A stretch of DNA of 64,000 bases from Macrostomum lignano (lineage: Eukaryota), in contig NIVC01000352.1 in NCBI GenBank assembly GCA_002269645.1, positions 434,001 to 498,000 of the forward strand. The letters are read 5' to 3'. This document shows positions 20,769 to 34,400 of this stretch, in pieces (position 1 is the first letter of the stretch; each line of letters starts with the position of its first letter). A program made the translations under genes and the position numbers. The notes beneath the pieces were generated by a model that saw only the letters and a program-made list of their open reading frames with translations, ran no database searches and had not been told where the DNA came from.

Positions 20769-23700
20769 TCACAATCCTAGCAGCAGAATGCGCGGATCCT
20801 CTACAAAGCTTTTGATTTTGCGCAGAAATGTGACAGCCTCCCTGCCGTCAATCAGCCGGTGATCGTAGGTGAGCGCCACGAACATCATTGGCCGAATCTC
20901 CACCTTGCCGTTGACGGCCATGGGCCTGTCGAATACGCCGTGCATGCCAAGGATTGCCGACTGCGGCGGGTTGATGATGGGCGTGCCGAACAGGGAGCCG
21001 AATACGCCGCCGTTTGAGATTGTGAACGTGCCGCCGTCCATGTCCTGCGATTGGCGTGGGGGTGGGGGAAAGAGAAATTAGAATACAAGGGGATATGCTG
21101 GCAGCCGGCTATTCTGGAGACAGTTAAGACCAATAAACTTTAGAGATAATTTAGAATCCAGTAATTTAGGGATATTCTAGAATATAGTCCTTCAGGGATA
21201 TTTTAGAACTCAGTCATTTAGGGAGATTTTAGAACTCAGTCATTTAGGGAGATTTTAGAACTCAGTCATTTAGGGATATTTAGAATTCAGTCATTTAGGG
21301 ATATTTTAGAATCCAGTCATTTAAGAATATTTAAGAACAGGCACACATTTCGGGATATTTTAACATCTTCATTTTAGAATCCAGTCAGTTCAGAAATATT
21401 TTAGAATCCAGTCATTTGGGGATATTTTAGAACTCAGTCATTTAGGGATATTTTAGAATCCAGTCAGTTCAGAAATATTTTAGAATCCAGTCATTTAGGG
21501 ATATTTTAGAATCTAGTCATTTGGGGATATTTTAGAATCTAGTTATTTGGGGATATTTTAGAATCTAGTCATTTGGGGATATTTTAGAATGTAGTCATTT
21601 TAGAATCCAGTCATTTAGGGATATTTTAGAATCCAGTCATTTAGGGATATTTTAGAATCTAGTCATTTAGGGATATTTTAGAATCCAGTCAGTTCAGAAA
21701 TATTTTAGAATCCAGTCATTTGGGGATATTTTAGAATCTAGTCATTTGGGGATATTTTAGAATCTAGTTATTTGGGGATATTTTAGAATCTAGTCATTTA
21801 GGGATATTTTAGAATGTAGTCATTTTAGAATCCAGTCATTTAGGGATATTTTAGAATATAGTCATTTAGGGATATTTTAGAATCCAGTTTTTTAGGGATA
21901 TTTTAGAATCCAGTCAGTTCAGAAATATTTTAGAATCCAGTCATTTGGGGATATTTTAGAATCCAGTCATTTGGGGATATTTTAGAATCTAGTCATTTGG
22001 GGATATTTTAGAATCTAGTCATTTGGGGATATTTTAGAATCTAGTCATTTGGGGATATTTTAGAATGTAGTCATTTGGGGATATTTTAGAATCTAGTCAT
22101 TTGGGGATATTTTAGAATCTAGTCATTTGGGGATATTTTAGAATCCAGTCATTTGGGGATATTTTAGAATCTAGTCATTTGGGGATATTTTAGAATCTAG
22201 TCATTTGGGGATATTTTAGAATCTAGTCATTTTAGAATCCAGTCATTTCAGGGAATTTTTAGAATCCAGTCATTTAGGGATATTTTAGAATCCAGTCATT
22301 TAGGGATATTTTAAAATGTTGCCATTTCGCTAATTCTGGGAATTTAACCCTTAGGTTTATGTGCATTTATCAGTTTCATTCCAGAAGGCAGCCTAAGAAC
22401 TTTGCAACAAAGAAGCCGCATACCTCAATAGCCAGCTCGTTTTTGCGCGCCTTGACGCCAAGCGCCGCAATCTCGTGTTCAATGTCGGCCAGATTCATGT
22501 TGTGAACGCCGCGCAGCACAGGCACAACCAGGCCTTTGGGAGTGGCCACGGCCACGCTGATGTCAACGTAGTCCCTGTAGACAATGTCGCCGCCATCGAT
22601 GACCGCATTGACAGCCGCCTGCTGCTGCAGGGCGTAAGCGGCCGCCTTCACAAATGGCGACATGAAGCCCAGCTTGACCCCATGCTGCTTTTCGAATGCC
22701 GGCTGGAACCTGAGGGCATGTTCGATGGTAATGATTGTACAGGTGGCACACACAGTGAAGGACTGGGGGAGGGTGGCACACACAGTGAAGGACTGGGGGA
22801 GGGTGGCACACACAGTGAAGGACTGGGGGAGGGTGGCACACACAGTGAAGGACTGGGGGAGGGTGGCACACACAGTGAAGGACTGGGGGAGGGTGGCACA
22901 CACAGTGAAGGACTGGGGGAGGGTGGCACACACAGTGAAGGACTGGGGGAGGGTGGCACACACAGTGAAGGACTGGGGGAGGGTGGCACACACAGTGAAG
23001 GACTGGGGGAGGGTGGCACACACAGTGATGGACTGGGGAGGGTGGCACACACAGTGAAGGACTGGGGGAGGGTGGCACACACAGTGAAGGACTGGGGGAG
23101 GGTGGCACACTCAGTGAAGGACTGGGGGAGGGTGGCACACACAGTGAAGGACTGGGGGAGGGTGGCACACACAGTGAAGGACTGGGGGAGGGTGGCACAC
23201 ACAGTGAAGGACTGGGGGAGGGTGGCACACTCAGTGAAGGACTGGGGGAGGGTGGCACACACAGTGAAGGACTGGGGGAGGGTGGCACACACAGTGAAGG
23301 ACTGGGGGAGGGTGGCACACTCAGTGAAGGACTGGGGGAGGGTGGCACACACAGTGAAGGACTGGGGGAGGGTGGCTCACACCAGCTCATTTTCCCCACT
23401 CACTTGGCCCGCATCTCGAAGACGTTAGACATGTCAATCTCATTAAAGGTAGTGAGCATAGCACAGGTATTCTGGGCCTCCTTTAATCGCTCGGCGATGC
23501 GCAGACGCATCCGGGACATCTTCACGCGACGCTCCGATCGAGCGCCGACAGTCGAAGTCGAAGGGGCGGACGCTGACGATGAAGCCGCCGCCTGAGGCAG
23601 CGGGGGCGGCTTGGACGGCGCCTGGGAGGCCACCAGCTTGTCCTCCTTGGGTGCAGCCGGTGCCTGCTGCTCAGGCTGCTGCTGCTGCGGTGCAGCTGGT

Positions 23701-24027
23701 TTCTCCTCCACGGCCGCCTTCTTGTCCGACTTTGCCGCAGCGGGCGCCGCTCCGCCAGCCTCAATTTTGAACACCTCCTGATGGGCCACCACCTTCTGGC
23801 CGTCCGGCACTAGCAGCTCCGTGATGACGCCAGCGCAGGGCGAGTGCACCTGCACGGAGGTCTTGTCTGTCTCAACTTCGGCTACCAGCTCGTCCTCGGC
23901 CACGGTGTCGCCGACCTGCTTCTCCCAGCGAATGTCTCCTTCAGTGACGGACTCCGCAAAAGCTGGCACTTTGCCAGTTACAACTCCGCCTCGAAGACTG
24001 CGACTTGTGTGCAGCTGCCGCCATTGG
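20769..24027 (-). CDS. DLST: Dihydrolipoamide succinyltransferase (E2 of 2-oxoglutarate dehydrogenase); exons 23404-24027, 22424-22709, 20769-21044; first exon not found
   Basis: Lipoyl domain ([11 protein letters not shown]...ETDKT) and catalytic domain ([29 protein letters not shown]). Consistent splice phases. The transit-peptide end [10 protein letters not shown] follows an AG acceptor at 24028-24030. Confidence 0.96.
21135..22315. repeat. 26-bp minisatellite filling the last DLST intron
   Basis: Unit tagaatccagtcatttagggatattt; period 26. Confidence 0.95.
22742..23381. repeat. 30-bp minisatellite filling a DLST intron
   Basis: Unit gggtggcacacacagtgaaggactggggga, ~21 copies; only ~20-30 unique nt remain at each splice site. 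Confidence 0.97.
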
Positions 24028-24809
24028 CTGTTTAGTTGATGGAGTTGGGGGGACCATGTAGGTTATGCTTAGACTTTACACTCTACTCAACACTAGATTT
24101 CAGGATCGAATGTTGAGTAGATCTAATGATTCAGGAACATTTCAAGAAATTTTATATTCAATTTAAACATCTATTGAAAAAAGTTTTGTGACAATTAGTG
24201 AATCACAAAGCAGAGTAGTTTGCAGTTGAATATGATTGTGATTAGTTGGCTGTTGTGAGCATTGTCATGATCCCTGGCCCTGCCCCATCTAATGATGCGG
24301 CTGTCTTGTTTCAGAGTTTATTCATAATAAACAAAATGATTATCAATATCAACCATAAAGTTTAAAACTTAAAAAAAATAAAATTTGAGAATATTTTAGG
24401 TAATTTAAGTGAAAATATTATAAAACCTTCATATGGCAATTAGAAATCAATCTAGATTCTAGATTCAAAATCAGGCTGTTTGTGCATTGATACTACTTTA
24501 TTTATTAATAGCTCTAATAGTTTATATTTAATATAAATATTTCTATGCCTTTGAATGAAAATGTCTACTTTGTATGCCATGGTCAGGAAGGTCAACAAGT
24601 CCCCAATCAAATTTTTAATTGTGCACTATGTGCCAAATAAAAAAGTGCATGTGCACCAAGAAAGAAATGTAGACCTTGTATTAGGCCTAGTAACTGTTAT
24701 ATAGCAATATAACAAATTATAGGTTCTGAAAAATGCATTAGTTATAATTGTGAATAAAAGAAAGATTAATGGCGATCCTACAGTTTTCTGCTTTAATTAT
24801 TTTTTGGCT

Positions 24810-25020
24810 TTTCCGAGTGATCACTAACCAATGGGCTGCCTATAATTAATTCTGGCCAATCATGTGACCATTAATCACTCTATCTGGTTTGTTGACCCCA
24901 ATGATCATACCATCTATACAAACACCATTGAGGATGCATGGGCCAACTGCAAGGCCAAGTATGCATAGTACATATCCAGAGACATTCGAGATGTACCTCC
25001 AAGAGTTTTTATAGCGCTGG
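24810..25020 (+). pseudogene. Merlin (IS1016-like) transposase relic
   Basis: Frames read RVITNQWAAYN, HVTINHSIWFVDP...TNTIEDAWANCK and MYLQEFL*R, matching Merlin motifs SDxWxAY / VNHSxxFVDP / TIExxW / YLxEFxWR, with stops and frameshifts. Confidence 0.8.
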
Positions 25021-25700
25021 CTGTTTCAAGAGTGTCAATTTGGGAACATGTTGTATTGGATATGCGATTATTATCCACGTTAACTGTTGTGACTATCATG
25101 AGTGACTATTATATAAGTTTATCGTCATTTCTTATTCTTGCTGTGCCTGCCATAATTTTTCAAAAAATAATTAAAAGCGGAAAACTGTAGGATTGCCAGA
25201 TTAAATATGTATTGTTTGTATATTCAGAAAAACTTAGTGTGCTATTTGAATTAAATTGAATATTTAAAAAAGGAGCAAATACACTTTCACATATGGTGAA
25301 ATCCAAAAATCGGGGGCAAGTTTTATGAAAATTCGTTTTTTGGCAATTTGAAAGCAATAAAGCTATAAAATAAATTTATTCAAGTTTTTAAAAGGTAAAA
25401 AAGTCTATTAAAGCACAAATTATTTTCGTATAGCTTTATTTTTAATAAAATGATTTGTTGAAATGGTAAGTTTAATTACGACCTAAAATGAGTCGAATGA
25501 AAATGCTAGAAAAGCTATAATAATGTATTTTATTAACTTTAACTATCTTATAATGTTACACTCTATAATTCTACAACATATTTAACATTATTTTCAAGGG
25601 TTTATTTGTTTATCACTTTCGTTACTCTTGACAACGTGTATTTTGTAGAGTTTGTTTGCAATAAATTGTATTCAACGTAAGTTTATTATTTAAACATACA

Positions 25701-26046
25701 AATTCCTGTAAGGATCGGAAAATTGCATTTTATTCAGCTTCTACTAAAGCAATTGGGAAAATTCTTTTTTTCCTGCATACACGCCGCGATGATACATGTT
25801 TTAGTGTAATTTCATTGTTCTTCGTTGCTTAATGAGCATACAGTAAGCATCTGATTTGGAAGCCGGGTAACACATTGGAATTCCCATAAGGATTGGAAAA
25901 TTGCATTTTACTCACTTCTACTAAAGCGATTTGGAAAATTCTTTTTTTCCTGCATACACGCCGCAATGATACATGTTTTAGTGTAATTTCATTGTTCTTT
26001 GTCGCTTAATGAGCATACAGTAAGCATCTGATTTGGATGCCGGGTT
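25701..26046. repeat. ~178-bp imperfect tandem duplication
   Basis: Two similar copies start at ~25701 and ~25879. Confidence 0.9.
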
Positions 26047-27764
26047 CACATTTTGTGGTACCATTTTTTGCCCAAAATTTTGAAGTCTAAATATAGGAAT
26101 ATTACAAATACTAATACTATGCAAGTTGATATTTAAATGAAAGAAAACAACTTAAAGATTATTTTGCAACAAGGAATTAGTGATATATTTACTTTTAGAG
26201 AAAGATGTTTGCTGGCAAACTTTGCACTTTATATTAGTATGAATTTTCGCGAGTTTATATGGTTTTAGAAAAACTTTGAAATCCTTAGAAATACTTCATC
26301 TTTTTGAATTGAATAAAAAGTAAAACACAGATTACTTTCTGTTTTGTAAGTAGTAAAAAATTAGCCTTCTCTAAGGCCTACAAGTCTTAAAATTAATTGT
26401 TTAATAATGAAAAAAAGTGAAATAAAAAATTGCAAATCGGTCAACTTGGACTTTCAAAATGCTTTTTTGTGGTTTTTTCTTATTTATTCAACAATATAAA
26501 GCATGAAAACAATAGTTTTTATCCAGAACTATTTTCTAAAGACCTATCTATCTTTCAAAAACCTTTTTTAGATACATTACTTTCTATCAAATGTCCGCAG
26601 ATTTGTTTTACCATTTTATCCCACATTTTTGGATTTCGCCATATCATACTTTGTGTAAACTAAGAAAATTTTACTATATAGACTGTGCGCCGAGTGCAGC
26701 ACACCATGTGCTATGTGCACCATGTGCACCAGAAAATTCCTTTGTGTGTGCCACAATTTTCTGTGAAATCTACCACCTTCCTGACTGTGGTGTATGGAAT
26801 TACCCAATAACAAACTATGACTCAGGTCTAATCTAAATGAAATTTACAACATTTTAGCATAAAGGTACCAAATTTTCCTATCATACAGTGCAATAGCTTT
26901 GTCCATAAATTGTTCTGGCGCATGGTGCATGTTAGGCCTATCCTGACTGTGTAGTAGAATAAACATATTTACATATCCTTAGAACAACTTTTCTAAGAAT
27001 GAATTGATCAGGAAAAGAAATAGCATTAATAATAAAACATTTGAAAACTTACTAATAAGGAATAGAATGATGATTCATGAACACAACCTTTCCGGAAGTC
27101 AAAAACGATGCTTGATGACTATTGCTTGTTGAGTTGCAAGCCGATGAAATAGACCTGCATAAGCATTTGTGACTATTCTTTGTCAAGATAACACGAAGGA
27201 ATTGCCTACTGGCAACTTGGCTAGTTTTTATGACGTGTCCAAGCATTGCGTCTGTGTACTTATAAGTCAGATATAGACAAAAGAACTAATAACCTGACGA
27301 GGAGTTGTATTTTGTGCTAAAACTGGCCTTTCAAAGAAACACACTTCAAACGTTTAAATTTATTCAATATGAGTTAACAAAACATTACAACTAATAAACA
27401 TAACAGTATTTAGAAGTCTTTTTGCTGCATTTCAGCTTCTTTTCCATGTATATTTCATTTTTATTAGTATAAAAATGTTTTTATTTAGTATGTAGCTTTA
27501 AAAATGCAAAGTAATCTATATTTACAAGGACACTTGCAGGACTACTCAAGTAGCATAGTAGTAGAGTAGTTCTACTTGAGTAGTCCTTGCCTGTATGTTG
27601 CACGTAAAAGTGCAGTGCATGCATGGTCGAAATTTCAAAATTTTCATCCAATATGACTCGATCAATCCACGATTAGCTTACATTGATGTAATGAACATTA
27701 CATTAAATTCTTCACACGCGTACAGCTGCATGTATAGCTATCTTACATGTATAGTTAATATACA

Positions 27765-28164
27765 CAGGGGCGTCGCCATGGATTTTTTATGGTGGGGGCA
27801 CAAGGCCAGAATTCTACATGTAACATGACAAGCACGGGACTATAAATTCCTACATGTTCATTATTTTCAGAATCGGTGCATGTTGTCAGAGCTTATATTT
27901 TGGCGCCGAAGCACTTATTTTTAGCGCCGAAAGAACTCATTTTGGCGCCGCAGGCACTGATGATCATTTTAGCGCCGCAGGCACTCATTTTGGTGCCACG
28001 TACAGGCGCTATTGTCGCCCTAAAAGCAACGTTATTGATTTCCAACTCGGGTCACAAGGTGGGGTGGGAGGGGCAAAGCATTGGCATGTCCCCCCCCATA
28101 GCTTTTACTGGGGGGGGGGGACAAGTCCCCCGGCCCCTGTCCCCCCTCGATTGCGACGCCCCTG
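27765..28164. mobile_element. hAT-type MITE (400 bp)
   Basis: TIR caggggcgtcgc/gcgacgcccctg; 8-bp TSD aatataca/catataca (7/8); internal tttggcgccg repeats. Confidence 0.8.
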
Positions 28165-29169
28165 CATATACAGGTACATGTATGTAATCAAGCTACATTA
28201 ATGCACACGAATGTTATAATATAATACATGTACGAGTAAGTTGTACACGTAAGTGCCCAAAAGATTGTACTTAATTAAAAAGCTGACTCTGCACTCGCGT
28301 TGGTATATTTTTTAAGCTGAACATAAAATTTACACCATTTCTCCGAACTGCAGTTGCATGTACTGATGTACACGTTAAGCAGGCCTTTTTACGTAATTCC
28401 CATTTTAAAGTGCATTTGGAAGAATTTGCATTTTGTAAGATAAAATACGCTCGTAAAATTTATTATCAAGGCTTACACGTACGCACATTTTAGCATATTG
28501 AGAAAAGTGCGCTGAGTATAAAAATTTTAGGACTTAATTTTGAGCATACCAGTAATTCTATCGTACATGTACATGTACGATCGTAAAAAAAGTAATGCTA
28601 AAAACTGAAAATCCCCGCCCCGAAGCTATAATTTGTACAATGCTACTAAATACATACCAAATATTCCAGTAATAGCGACCGATGCTGCTGTCTCATTGGC
28701 TACAATTGTTTCTTTTTCTGTTGTGTACCAACTGTTTCAATGCAATTATTATTCAGTAAATAGCCAGACTTCAAACATTACGTACGAGCAGCGAGTGCGG
28801 TGTTCTCATTTAACGATGCGTAAGTTCGCTTCTCCAGGGCACAAACACGAACAAGTGATCGAGTGTTTGAGTTGAGGTTTCAGCTTTATATGAACATACA
28901 ATATATATGAGCTAGTGTGCTAATTTGAATCGAAGGTAATAGCTGATAAACTTTCAACCAGTTTCAAAGCATAGAATCAAATACGTTCTTGTGGTTTCGT
29001 AATACCCTATACCAAATACCCAATTAAATCAGCTGAACGTTTACAAAGTAGAAAAAAGTTTACAGAATAAAATCATTAATTCCACATATGACAACTGAGT
29101 TACAAGTCGTACATTTAATCATAAAATTTAAAACTGATCAATCAGGGACTTATGAAAGAATGCCGACGG

Positions 29170-30357
29170 CTAAAAGAAACCATAGTTCCTCTTTAATTGG
29201 TAGCCAGAAGCCGGCTGCTTCCGTGTCAGATCGGGTTTGATCACCACTTTGGTTGGCTCGACAGAGACTCGAACAAACGGATCTCCGACGGACTGACTGC
29301 CAATAGCCGCTGTTTGATGCGGAACTGAGTCATCAACCGGGCTATAAATGTCCTGACTCATAAGTGTGTCCTTCCAAAACTGACGAAATCTCTCAGCTGA
29401 ATTTTCTTGATCGCTAATTTGCACTCTCTTTTTAAATCGTATTGCCGGAGCACTCTTCTCTGCGGTTACCTGTACTTGATTACCCGGGATATAAAACTGT
29501 CCAGCGTAACCATCTCGAGATGGCTTCCGACCGCGTGGAACTGGTACAGAACCTTCGCCGAATGAGGTCAGCCGTCGACCCTGTCTAGCAGGCGGCTGAG
29601 CTGAAGCGTTTCCCAGTTCTGAGCCCCGCGTCTGGAATTCCTCGTGCAGCCAGCGGGCTTCACTCCAACTTCGCGACCAACTGTGAGACCGGGCGTGATT
29701 TGAATAGCCGCCGTTCCTATAAAATACGTCCGGATTGGTTGACGAAGGGTACACGATTGCGTTACCGTTGTGAAAGCCATTGTTAGCAGCTAGTTGCGTC
29801 TGCTGACCGGCGATCTCGCTTCTGCTAGGCCTGGTGAACTTCTTTCGTCTGATCGCTGTATACTCACCGGCAGACTCCTCCTCGGACGTTGCTGCCTCGT
29901 CTGCCGTGGCTTGCCTGATTCTTCGCTGCCGTCGGATTCTGGCTTTTAGGGCAGTTACTGTAATAGGCCTGCGTGCTGCGTCTGACTGGCCAAGCGTGCG
30001 GCTCTGCCTGACCGGTCGTCTGTGTTGACTCTTCGCGTGCCAGTTCTCGTCGTCGGACCAGTACTGACGTGCGTCGAGAATCTCTGTTGCTCCAAGCTGG
30101 TGCTTCTGTTTTTTCTGTCCGTCCGTCGAGCTTCGCACGTCGGCGACACTTGCCCGGGGAATCTGAACCTGATTTTTGAGCAGCTGAAAGTAGAATTGTT
30201 CACCACTGTAACTGTTAGTTCGTCGACTTGGACCATCTCGTGAAGACGGTACTGGCAGTTGTAGGTGGCTAACCAGAACTCTGTTCAGTCCGACGCGCGC
30301 AGCAGTTGCCTTGTGCAGATTGCTATGCTCAGCTGGCAGCGCCATCGTTGCAGCCAT
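29170..30357 (-). CDS. Intronless hypothetical protein, 395 aa, probably disordered
   Basis: Long ORF in non-repetitive GC-richer sequence; no recognisable domain. Confidence 0.65.
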   Translation of the reverse strand: MAATMALPAEHSNLHKATAARVGLNRVLVSHLQLPVPSSRDGPSRRTNSYSGEQFYFQLLKNQVQIPRASVADVRSSTDGQKKQKHQLGATEILDARQYWSDDENWHAKSQHRRPVRQSRTLGQSDAARRPITVTALKARIRRQRRIRQATADEAATSEEESAGEYTAIRRKKFTRPSRSEIAGQQTQLAANNGFHNGNAIVYPSSTNPDVFYRNGGYSNHARSHSWSRSWSEARWLHEEFQTRGSELGNASAQPPARQGRRLTSFGEGSVPVPRGRKPSRDGYAGQFYIPGNQVQVTAEKSAPAIRFKKRVQISDQENSAERFRQFWKDTLMSQDIYSPVDDSVPHQTAAIGSQSVGDPFVRVSVEPTKVVIKPDLTRKQPASGYQLKRNYGFF

Positions 30358-31133
30358 TACTTTAGTGCGCTTTGAAAGAAAAATAATATGCTTGCAGTGC
30401 TCTGAAATTATGTCATCGCATTTCAGCGCGAGACTGGCAAGTCAGGCTACAGAAATAATAGAAAATTCGAAATTTGTTGTACATTATACCTAAACTCTCG
30501 TTCGTGTAAGCAGGAGTACGACTAAATAGTGTCTTTAAGGTAAGACAATTCTGCCAACCAAACAACAACCAGACGTTGCCTAATTTTTTTTCGCCGCGGC
30601 AGCCAAGTGCGGCAGGGCGAGAGAGATAGATGTGCATACATTTTACGACACGAAGAAGTGAACTGCGAGAGAATATGCTTTCAAAAGCGCTGCCAAACCC
30701 CTCAATACAAGCGTATACTGTAGCCACGCAGGCAAAGCCTAGTTATAGCACCAAAGAACAGACTTAAATAATGCTTTCCTCCAACACTTTGTATTATCTA
30801 GCTCGTATATCAAACTACAATGAGCTATAAAATGTAATCTAGCTTAGCTCTTTATGCGTAAAGCTAATTTTCCAGAAATAATGTGTAACGTGCAGCCCGA
30901 AAATTAAAAAGTCAGGGAGCATCGCACTGCGAGCGAGCGTATAAGTCAGACCCATATGCTCCGAGCTATGGCGCGTTTACGTATCGGGGGTCTATATGAA
31001 GTTCGATAATTAATTCGAAATCTGCTAGCCGAATTTGAAATTTGCCAGTCGAAATCTCCAATTGGGTCAGATTGAAGGCCGCGTAACGACTGTTGAGTCC
31101 ATGGACTGGACTAGTGGGTCACGGGTCACTGCT

Positions 31134-31373
31134 CCTCGTGCAGCCAGCGGGCTTCACTCCAACTTCGCGACCAACTGTGAGACCGGGCGTGATTTGAATA
31201 GCCGCCGTTCCTATAAAATACGTCCGGATTGGTTGACGAAGGGTACACGATTGCATTACCGTTGTGAAAGCCATTGTTAGCAGCTAGTTGCGTCTGCTGA
31301 CCGGCGATCTCGCTTCTGCTAGGCCTGGTGAACTTCTTTCGTCTGATCGCTGGAAACTCACCGGCAGACTCCT
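31134..31373. repeat. 240-bp direct duplicate of 29640-29879
   Basis: 3 mismatches in 240 bp, same orientation. Confidence 0.95.
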
Positions 31374-31481
31374 AAGCTTCGGCTTAGCAGCTATAGAGTT
31401 CGGCTAGAAGATTTTGGATAGCAATCGAATTTCTCAATGGGCAATCTTTTTCTATCAGATTTCTTTCTTGCGAATCCCGTA

Positions 31482-34400
31482 TGTTATGTCTTGAATTTAA
31501 AATAAGCTGCACAAGTCGTCAAGTAGTGCTGCAAAATAATTGCGTACTTCTTACGCTCCAGACCTCTTAAGGTTCTTCTATATTTTAGCTTGCCACACAG
31601 CGGGCTTTAAAGCTGGTACTGTCTCTTGGCTTCATGTAAGCCCATAGATACTCGTAAAAGCAAAATACAAGTACTCAGTCAAGTCACATTATCCCTTTTT
31701 CCTTTAAGATACTTGGTACCTCTCTGGTGGTCTCCGGATCCGCTCTGTTAGTTGCCTCTGCTCTGTCTCTGACATGGTCCCTGTTGCACCACCAGGTCTC
31801 GTCCTTGATGGTCCCACACTCGTTTCAGCTATTCGCCAATCGCTTCTTGAATTACTCCTTCTCCCTCCACTGCTTGTTAAAGGGATCTTGAACCCAAACA
31901 GGATTGTGGACTTGATCGGTTCTCTTGTCCTGAAACGACCGACGATGTAGCAGTGACAACCTCGTATTGAACTCGCGACCAAACATTTCTCGACACGAAG
32001 CGACACCGTTGGCTCTCGGGCAGACGCGAATGGCGTACAAAGCCTGTTGCATTCGAACTTCCGGGTCTGGGTCGTTAAGCTGTTTTAAACTTGGTTTTCA
32101 ACATTTTTACTGCGACCTCGGCCACGCCATTCGAAGTGGGATGATATCAAGGAGACTTAAGATGTAGCACTCACATCCGCTTCAACCAGGCTTCCGTTTC
32201 ATTAGCAACGAACTGTCGTCCATTGTCAGTGACGAGTACTTCCCGGATGCCGAACTTGCAAAACGTTCTTCGCAGCACTTGAATCACAGCCGCTGCGTCA
32301 ATATCTCGAACCCATTCGGCAGCAAAAAATCCCGTCTTGGCGTCCGAAACCACCTGAAAATTTCTTCCTTCTAATTGACCTAGGTCAGCATGAACTCGGC
32401 ACCAGGCTTCCTTTGGCACTGGCCATGGTCTGAGCACAGCTTTCTGTGAAGGTCTTAGGCGTTGACACGTGCGACACTCTGCCACGCACTTTTCTATCTC
32501 GGCTTCCATATTGGGCCACTAAACATACTGTCGTGCCCATGCTTTCATCGCTTGCATTCCCGGATGAGAATCATGAAGAAAACGCATAACTTGTGCTCTC
32601 AATTTTGCAGGGATGACGATTCGATGATCAAAAAGTAGTAGATTATCACCACAGCTTAGTCTATTCTGCACTCTTCGGAAAGCTGCTCTGTCTGCTCTGT
32701 CACATCTTCACCAGATCGCAATCGACTGAGAACGTCTTGAATCTCCTTGTCTTCTTGGACCACCTGTTCTAGTGGTGACTGGTCCTTCATCGGACAAGGC
32801 GATATCCACCACAGCGATTTCGTTCACGGCTTCAGTCGCTGACCTATCACTCCAGTTGTTTCCGTCAGTTGGAAGTCTTGATAGCGCGTCTGCATGTGGA
32901 ATTTCTTGTGTCCGTATCCCTCTGATGTTATATTGGTACGTTGCAAGCAGTTCCGCCCAGCGCTGCACTCTCTTGCTCGCTCTTTCAGGGGGGTCCTTGT
33001 GAGATGCAAACAGAAATTCTAGCGGCCTGTGATCTGCCACAATCACAAAACTTCGATAGGCTAAAAATCTATTTAGCTTCTTGACGCACAAAACCACACC
33101 AAGAGCTTCTCGCTCAAGTTGGCTGTATCGCGACTCGACAGGTATGAGTTTCTTGGACACAAACGCTACAGGCCTTCCATTCTGCTCCAGCACTCCTCCA
33201 ATGCCGTAGGGCGATGTATCTGTAGTCAGAGTTAGCTACTCACTTGGATCGTACGGCGCTAGCACCTGCCTTGATGTAATGTCCTGCTTCAATTGCATCA
33301 CGGCCTCCGTGTGTTCTTGTTGCCATGTCCAGCTGACATCTTTCTTCAGCAGGTCATTCAGAATGGCAGTCTTCGTGGCCACTTGCGGAATGAACGGCGC
33401 ATAGAAATTTATCAGTCCCAGAAATGTTCTCAGCTCTTCCTGGTTTCTTGGATCTTCTATGCTTTGTATTACCATCACCTTATCCTCGTTCATGCAGCAT
33501 CCCTCCTTTGAGATCTTAAGGGCTAGAAACTCGACCTCCTCGTTGTCGAACTGGCACTTCTTAGCATTCAGTGTGATGTCATTCTCTTGCAGCCTTTTAA
33601 GTATTATTTCCGTCTTCTCGGCCAAACTTTCCCGGTTTTTTCCACAGACTAGAATGTCGTCAATGAACACCAACACTCCGAGGACATCCCGAAGCAATTC
33701 ACATAGAATGTTCTGAAACAATCAAGGAGCAGATGACAGTCCGCATGGTAATACCCTGTACCGAAAGTAACCAAAAGGTGTTGCGATAGTAGTGATATCC
33801 CGTGAGTCCTCGCACAGCTCAAGGTTATGGTATGCATCCTTCAGATCTAGCACAGTGAAACGACTGCATCCTGAAATGGCTCGTTGCACATCCGCCTTTG
33901 TTGGCATATCGATTGGCGGTAGCCGTAAAAACTGGTTGACCCATCTATAGTCTCTACACAGCCTGATGTCTCCCGAGCTTTTGGGAACGACTACAATCGG
34001 ACTAGCGAACACCGGCTGCTCTACTTTTTCAATGATCTTCCGCTTTTCCAGATCTTAAAATCTTTTCTTAACGGCTGGTACCAGCGAAAATGGGAGTCGT
34101 CGGGTCTCGTGTTTTCTAGGACTTCCAACTTCACTTGAATTCGCTTAAAAGCCACTGCAGCTTGACAACGACGCTTAGTAACTTCAATACCCAAACTACT
34201 AAACCAATTTCGGTCAATAACCAGCTTTGCGTTCATATCCATGACTACCTCAGGTAATGAGCACTCACTTTCATCTTCGGTCTGAACTCGAACATCTGCG
34301 GTACCACATACTGGTAGGTCTTGTCCTCCGTATGATGTTAGTCGACAATTTGGGTCTGTCCAATGCAGTTCTAGTTGTTCAGCCAAAATCTTAGGAATGC

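Noticed and set aside
22376-23428. Repeat-encoded ORFs overlapping DLST
   Set aside because: They read through the 30-bp intronic array; DLST homology skips it at GT-AG sites.
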